A stretch of 64,000 nucleotides of DNA from Podarcis melisellensis (taxonomy: Eukaryota), in assembly GCA_964234715.1 (NCBI GenBank), contig OZ174280.1. One strand, 5' to 3'. The position numbers and the translations under genes were made by a program. Below the pieces are notes generated by a model that worked only from the letters and a program-made list of their open reading frames with translations, was not told the origin of the DNA and ran no database searches. Of this stretch, positions 57,231 through 64,000 are shown one piece after another (the stretch's first letter is position 1; every line of letters begins with the position of its first letter).

Positions 57231-60200
57231 TGTTGGGCTTGGTTGCCAATCAGCATCAAGGGGGTGGTGGGTTAGTCCAGAGACAGAGCTTTTGGGGTGG
57301 GTGGTGTGTTGTTTTTAAGGGATCTTAGCAAAGAAGTGTTTCTGGAAATTGAGGTAATGGAGGGTGGGTGGGTGCCTTGCTGCCTATAGGAGTAGGCTGT
57401 AGTTAAAACGCACTCCTCACATGCTCAGAGGCCCTCTTCCCCACCAATACTTCACGAGTTTCTAGACCACACTTTCCTTTCCTTTCTTCCTGCTGACTCC
57501 TGAAACAACAAAAAAGTGTCCAGAATTGCCTTTGTGGGCATTTCATCTGCTCTTAATTCTGGGCCACCCCTGTACAAGCTCCTTAAGGTATTTTTTGGCA
57601 AGAGGGGCTCAGGGACTGAGTAACTGAGTGTGGATCAGCCGATGGTGCTGATCTCTCCTGGTTCAAACAACAGTGAAACATTGATTGATTATTATTAAAA
57701 AGGTGCCTCAGAGTATACAGGGGGAGTGCGTTTTTTCTGTGCTCAGCAGTGCTTGGCCCTATGTATCTCCTGGAATCATATATGTAACACCTTGCCTTAC
57801 ATCATGAAAGAAAGTTGAGAAAACTGCTCCTGCCACCACAATGCACCCATATGATAACTCAAGTGCAGCTCAGGCCATTATTAGGCGCCAACACAGAAAT
57901 CATATCCCCAAGACCATTGCACAAACCCACTGCAACTGTCTGAGCTATCCTAGACTTGTTTACAAGTTTACAAGTTTTTCTGAGTTCAGAGAGACTACCC
58001 TGATGAATATCTGTTTAGGATTGCAGCCTATTTTTCTGACACGCGGTGGAGCTTTAAGACGGGTGAAGAATCCACAAACCTCTAGATCCAGGGGTAGCCA
58101 ACATGGTGCCCTCTGGATGTTTTTGGACTACAACTTCATTCAACCCCAGCTGGCATGGCCACAATGGCCAGGGATGGTGGGGGTTGCAGTCCAGCTGCAC
58201 CACATTGGTGACCTCAGCTCTAGATCTTGTTGGACTCCCATTGACCCTGACCTTTGGCCATGCTGGCTAGAGCAGATGGGTATTGGAGCCCAGTGGCATC
58301 AGGAGCATCTCTGTTTCTCTACCCTTGCTGTAAGGCAATGACTAGTGTGGAAAGGTGCATTCTAGACTTCTACATGTGAGTCGGGTGTCACTTTTCTGCT
58401 TCAATCACCTTGTTTTTTTAAAAATGTTTAATTTTGGGGGGAGGAGCTCATGAAAGTGGTAGACGTGTGGATTTTCTCACACCCTTTTAGTATAAGCACA
58501 TGGTGATGTGAGGATTCTGATTCTAACTGGAAGTCATTACAGAACTGTAGGTCGTAACTGTGTATTCATGAACAGCACAATATATGGGTGCAATGTTATG
58601 CTTGTGTCATGAGACTTGGTAGCTTTTTAGGGCAAAGTCTTGCTCCACTGCACAGTTTGGCTGTCGTTTGCAGTCATTATTGTACCTGAAGCAGAAAAAT
58701 GTTATTGCCCTGAAAGTAATAATAATTAAAAAAACCTAATAAACTATATAATCAATAATTTGTCCTTTAATGGCACCTGAAGACCTGCCACTTGAGATAG
58801 ATTGTCTCACTGTGCCTAATGGCTGGGCGGGGGCTCTGCAGCTATTGTTCTGAAGAGAATGCATTTAAATCGTTTGATGGCATCTATCAAACCTCTTAGG
58901 TTGGTCAGGTTCCATTGTGGTTTGTATAATTGCTTCTGTAAAGGTTGCTAACCTTAAACCAAAGGCAGCATTTTTATTCATTATCCAAGTGGTAATTGTC
59001 CTATATCTGTAGCTTTGAGCACCGAAAAAGAAGCAAGCCTGAACACATGTAATTATACTCCTGGCTACATGGATCATTTTACCTTGGCATTGCAGCTTGT
59101 CACAATAGTATCTCTTCTTTATTATCATGAAGAACAATAAGGTCTTTGAAAGACAGTGAAGTTTTCCCCAGTGACGAAGAACTGCAAAAGTTATTTCACA
59201 CCAGACATGGTCTTCAGACTGGTGCACTATCGTACTATCAGCTTGCAGTACATAGAAATGGGCAACTCTTATTCTTTTTATTCCTGTGCAAATAAATCCT
59301 GTAACTAGGAGTTTCTCGGAGTTCTGTACCTGGTCATCCATTACTTAGTTTATCTTGAAGTATGATGGTGTTTAACTTTGGCCTTGTTTAAAATTGATGC
59401 ACTTTATTTAACACACCCTATGCAAATCAGGGAAAATATGCTAGTGATATGCACTATTGCTTGGGAGTAGGTCATTTTATAAAAAACCTGGAAATGGTAG
59501 TAGCTTGTTTGCTTCTTTCATCAGTGCAGTAGAGCTTTGTTCAGAGGATCATGAGAGAGCTGGCTATATGATACAAAAATAAAATAAAATTGTACATAAG
59601 CATTTCTATTGTAAACTGTCCTGAGATCTTTGAATGAATGAAGGTATGGGAATTTAATAAATAGAAATTCTTCTTGAAGCAAGTGCAAAATATACAAATC
59701 ATTCCATGCTGCGTGAGACTTGGACATACAATCTCTGTTTACCATCTTTCTTCTAAAATTTGGAACATGCATGGAAGAATTCTAATTCCTACGTTGGTTT
59801 TTGCAAACTATGTGAAGGAAATGTTTAGACTATTTGGCTTTCATCTACTAGGAACTGTGAATTATAATGAAGCGGAATTTGTAACAAATGGTATACAGAT
59901 GAAATGCCGTATTGTAACATCAATCATACATTTCCCCCCCTGCATTGTGTCCAATTATACTTTTCAGTGTCATTGCCAATGATTGCAACATGGGCTCAAG
60001 TATTAGTTCTGTGTTTATGGAACTTCTGAATGGTGCTGACAGCTCAATTTCCAGTAAAATAAACACATTCCTCCTTTTTGAGCATGGAGGATTACAGCAA
60101 GCTACATGGTTTAATTAACATAACTCCTTTTAGTGGCTCAGATTTCAAAAAGATTTCTTCTTGGTGTGCTTTGCATCCATTTGTAAATCCATATATCTAT

Positions 60201-62129
60201 GGTGGCTCTGTGCAGTTTTCTTGCACACTTTATTATTGTATTTTTATTTCTAGGCAAAGTACAAATTACTTGATTGCTTCTTGCTGTAGCTCAGAGGGAG
60301 TTGACTTTGAGGGGATCTCTCCATTTGCTAGCATGTCACTAACGCTTTATAAAGGTGAGAGTGGACATATTGTGGAAAACAATCTACCTAGTTACTCAGT
60401 TCCATTAGATAATTAAGTAGTATTGTTTCCATTCCTCTACACACCAGTCTGTGCCGTCTCCATTTCTTGTTGAACTTATGCCTGTTTCATCTCCCTCTAC
60501 TGATTATCTGTCTATATTTTATGAGATTTATTTCTGAATTTATATCAGAAAAGGATTGTGCAACCTGCATTTCATCCTGTGTTCAGTTCGATCACTACTT
60601 AACATCAGGGTTTTTTTAAGGGCTGAAAGTTATGTACTGCATTGCTAACATTAACACAAAAAGTATAAAAGCAAAGCCCCTTTTTGTGTCAGCAGTGAGT
60701 GGTAAATTCCACTATACATTGTGGCAACTTGTAACTTGAATGTATTTGGAAATAACTGAAAACAAAGGTGCATTTAAGACTCACACAGGAAACAAGTAAT
60801 GGATGTAGAATTCTCTTGCTCTAGGAATAGTTATTTCAGTGCTGGTTACTGTAAATTATTGAACAGTGAGTTAAACTTGTTGGTGAAGTGAAACTCCGAT
60901 ACAGCTAAAAATAAATCCAGGGTTTTCTTGATGTTATGTCATTCCTTGTGTGGATTTCCCATTGAATCAGTTGTTTTTAAGGACTCTACATTTATCACCG
61001 TATTACTATGCAATTTGTTCTACGAGTCTATCCCATGCTGTTTCACCCTGATTGGACCTTTCTCCAAACTAGTATCTTCCTTTAGGAGGCTGCACTAGGG
61101 ATAGCAGCAAAGGGAGGAAACAGTGTTGAGTCAGCAGAAATTCTTTTTTGAGGCATGTGTGTGCTCCACTTCCACAACCTTTTCATAAAGCCTGAAAGGA
61201 GGGCATAGACGAAACCAGAGTAAGTGGAGTTTGTTTGCTTTCTATTAAGAGAAGTATGAGCCAGGTTCCCCCAAACCTTTGCTAGAATATGAACACTTAA
61301 GCTCTGGAATTTCGGCAACAGCATTATTATTTTTTAAACCAAAAACAAACAAACTGAGTTTGATATGAGATGAAAAAGAACACTCGGAAAATGTTACAAA
61401 ATGCTGTAGTATTAAAATGTCTCCTTATAGGGAGCATATAACACCAATGGTAGCTCAACGCCACTGGCTACCTAATTTCTTCCAAATTCGTCAATGTTGA
61501 CGAACTTGGAAGCAAAGAAGTGAGTACCTTTTACAGACCTGAATGGCATGGGTTTGGTAGCCTTCTAGAAACATCTTCTCCCATACATTCCCCCTGCCTG
61601 CCTGCCCCCCGTTCCCTGAGGTATGGGGTAGAGACTCTGTTTCCTGCAAAATATTGTTGCATTCCACCTCAGTCTCCGAGCGGTGCAAATTTCCAGGGGT
61701 GACAGACACTTACCCAGGGTTCATTGTTCCCTTTGGATTGAGGTACAGTGCTAACTGTGGTATCTTTATGATATGTGGTTTGTTTACAAATACATACTAT
61801 CTGAGCCTACAGTGGAGGGGCTCACAGCATTAACACCCCAAGAAGGTGTTTTATTATTTTGGGTTCATTTAGCGCTTTGTTTTTGTACAAATATTCTTTT
61901 ACAATATTTCACATTTTTTTGTATTGCTGTTGAAACATGTTAGTCACCTTGAGAGATTTCTATTAAGAAAAGTGACCTATATAGATTTTAAATAAATAAA
62001 ATGTTCATGTTACTATTTTACGTTTTTCTCTTGTGCTTTTTTTGCCATGTTTATTCGCAACTTGAGTTACTCCTTTAAGCATTCGGGGGGGGGGGGAAGG
62101 TTTTGTTGTTCTGCCATTACTCTCTTGTA

Positions 62130-62154
62130 TCAATCAATCAATCAATCAATCAAT
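62130..62154. repeat. (TCAA)n microsatellite
   Basis: Directly visible. Confidence 0.9.
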
Positions 62155-62217
62155 CTTTAATATTACAATCACAGATCAGGCGTAAATTACAGTCAAACAA
62201 ATGCAGTTAACAGTTTA

Positions 62218-62564
62218 AGGTAAAGGGACCCCTGACCATTAGGTCCAGTCGTGGCCGACTCGGGTTGCAGCACTCATCTCGCTTTATTGGCCGAGAGAGC
62301 TGGCGTACAGCTTCCGGGTCATGTGGCCAGCATGACTAAGCCACTTCTGGCGAATCAGAGCAGCACACGGAAACGCTGTTTACCTTCCCGCTGGAGCGGT
62401 ACCTATTTATCTACTTGCACTTTGGCGTGCTTTTCAACTGCTAGGTTGGCAGGAGCAGGGACCGAGCAACGGGAGCTCACCCCGTCGTGGGGATTCGAAC
62501 CGCCAACCTTCTGATCAGCAAGTCCTAGGCTCTGTAGTTTAACCCACAGCTCCACCCGCGTCCC
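62218..62564 (-). mobile_element. Sauria SINE, full length, in GIPC2 intron 1
   Basis: TSD agttaacagttta at 62205-62217 and 62567-62579. Confidence 0.92.
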
Positions 62565-64000
62565 ATAGTTAACAGTTTAGAGGCTAGCAAAAGACTGTTA
62601 GGAATTAACAGCACCTCAAGGGACTAAGAAATGGGCGTGCTTTGTTGCACATTCACAGTCACTCTTGGAATGGATTGCTGAGTGCTAGTATGGTTGGTAA
62701 AAAGATTTAACCACCAATTTCCTAACAATGCATGCTGATGCACAGAATTTTGTCACTTTCTCGTACAGAAATGAATTCTTGCTAGAAAAATCCAGAGTGG
62801 AATGAATAATCCAAGTTCTAGTTTGGCTGACATTTCTTCCCCAATGGAGGTGGCATAAAATTGGTTCATGAAGAGGCGGCAGTCTGTTTGTGCTGCCCAG
62901 TTGCAGTTCTAAATTGAGTTAGATCATCTCATGTTTCTAAATATCACATTTCTTTTCTGTTGCCAGTTGTATCTAGTCAAAGGTGTGAAACCAGTTATGA
63001 GATTATAGCTGTATGTTGACAAGGTCGAAGTAACAAGAATATTTTTTTAAAATGGCAAATGCCCTTGATATTTTTTGAAAAAGAAAAACAACAGGACTGC
63101 AGTGATTTTGTTAATGCGAGTCACAAGGCCTAGCAATGCTAATATCTGAGGAGCTTGGAAATTGCTATATGGAGGCACTGCAATTATTTCCTGAATGTTT
63201 TATCAGGGCTGAACCATATTTTTAGTACTGCTTCAGAGTGCTAATTAGCTGAAAGTTTTAGTTGATCTGCAGACTGATTGCAAGTTAAAATTTGTTGAGA
63301 ATGAAAAAGCACTTTCTAGATGCAAGTCACCTAGAAATAATTGGTCTTTTCTCATTGGCAAACCTAGTAAAAACAAGGGTTATGAGGGCTTTTCTTTTCT
63401 GTTTGTATCTAAAGCTAGTGGAAATTTTGTATTTCAGTATGAATTCATAATGGAATAATTAAAAAAGCCCACAGGAAACTCAAACTGAAAATGTTTATTT
63501 GAATATTGAATTAACCCTTTCTTAATTAACATTCCTTAATCTTCCACAGTGATTATGGATTTTGAAATTGTTCATGTTTGAAGGCTCTGCTATATTAATA
63601 TGACAGGTATATTAGAGAAACCCAAATTAATGAAATGTAAAATAGCAAAGATGGCATTTCCTTCTAACAACTCATGGTAGCTTTTGTTTATTGAATTGCA
63701 ATTTTGTGCACTTAGGATAAATTTAAGTGTTCTCTCCCCCCGCCCCTAATTATTCTCAAAGTCACCTATACTGAACTTTTGGTAATATGCAAATTCATTT
63801 TATCTTTGATTGGTAGGGAGACATTCACATAAACAAATATATCCTGAACTTGGCTTTTGTTATAGGGTTCATTATTATTGCAACTTGTTACCTCACCTGG
63901 GTTGCTGGGTAGACAGTGCCATATCTTTCCAGGCTCTGTAAAAGCAAAATACTTTGAATCAGATAAGGCTGCAATCCTATACACATTTATTTATTGCTTT

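Noticed and set aside
56355-57318. Antisense ORFs of 187 and 243 aa, and the full 313-aa ORF at GIPC2
   Set aside because: GC-rich shadow frames of GIPC2 exon 1. The 313-aa ORF runs through the donor at 56998 into the intron.
57000-64000. GIPC2 exon 2
   Set aside because: No ILYCTLNT-like coding segment was seen; intron 1 extends past the window.

Overview
This window is vertebrate (squamate, probably lacertid lizard) genomic DNA from the conserved FUBP1(-) / DNAJB4(+) / GIPC2(+) block. FUBP1 is complete: 20 coding exons traced with GT-AG boundaries and consistent phase (1926 nt, 641 aa, ending PPAPQGQ). It also has an extra in-frame 60-nt Y-motif exon, several alternative terminal exons and candidate stop-containing (poison) exons. 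DNAJB4 (3 coding exons, 339 aa) lies head-to-head with FUBP1 across a CpG island. Only the first coding exon of GIPC2 is present. Introns and intergenic DNA carry Sauria SINEs, a 5'-truncated L1 with a nested SINE, many L2/CR1 fragments, hAT and Harbinger-like MITEs, microsatellites, a 171-bp tandem duplication and two N gaps. I found no new protein-coding system, CRISPR array or bona fide RNA gene. The best leads are splicing-level: modular control of the FUBP1 C-terminal activation domain (symmetric Y-motif exons, a recursive-type AG|GTAAG site, alternative tails, poison exons). Next come promoter motif clusters and unusual transposon junctions. Comparisons to mammalian isoforms are from memory and need checking.
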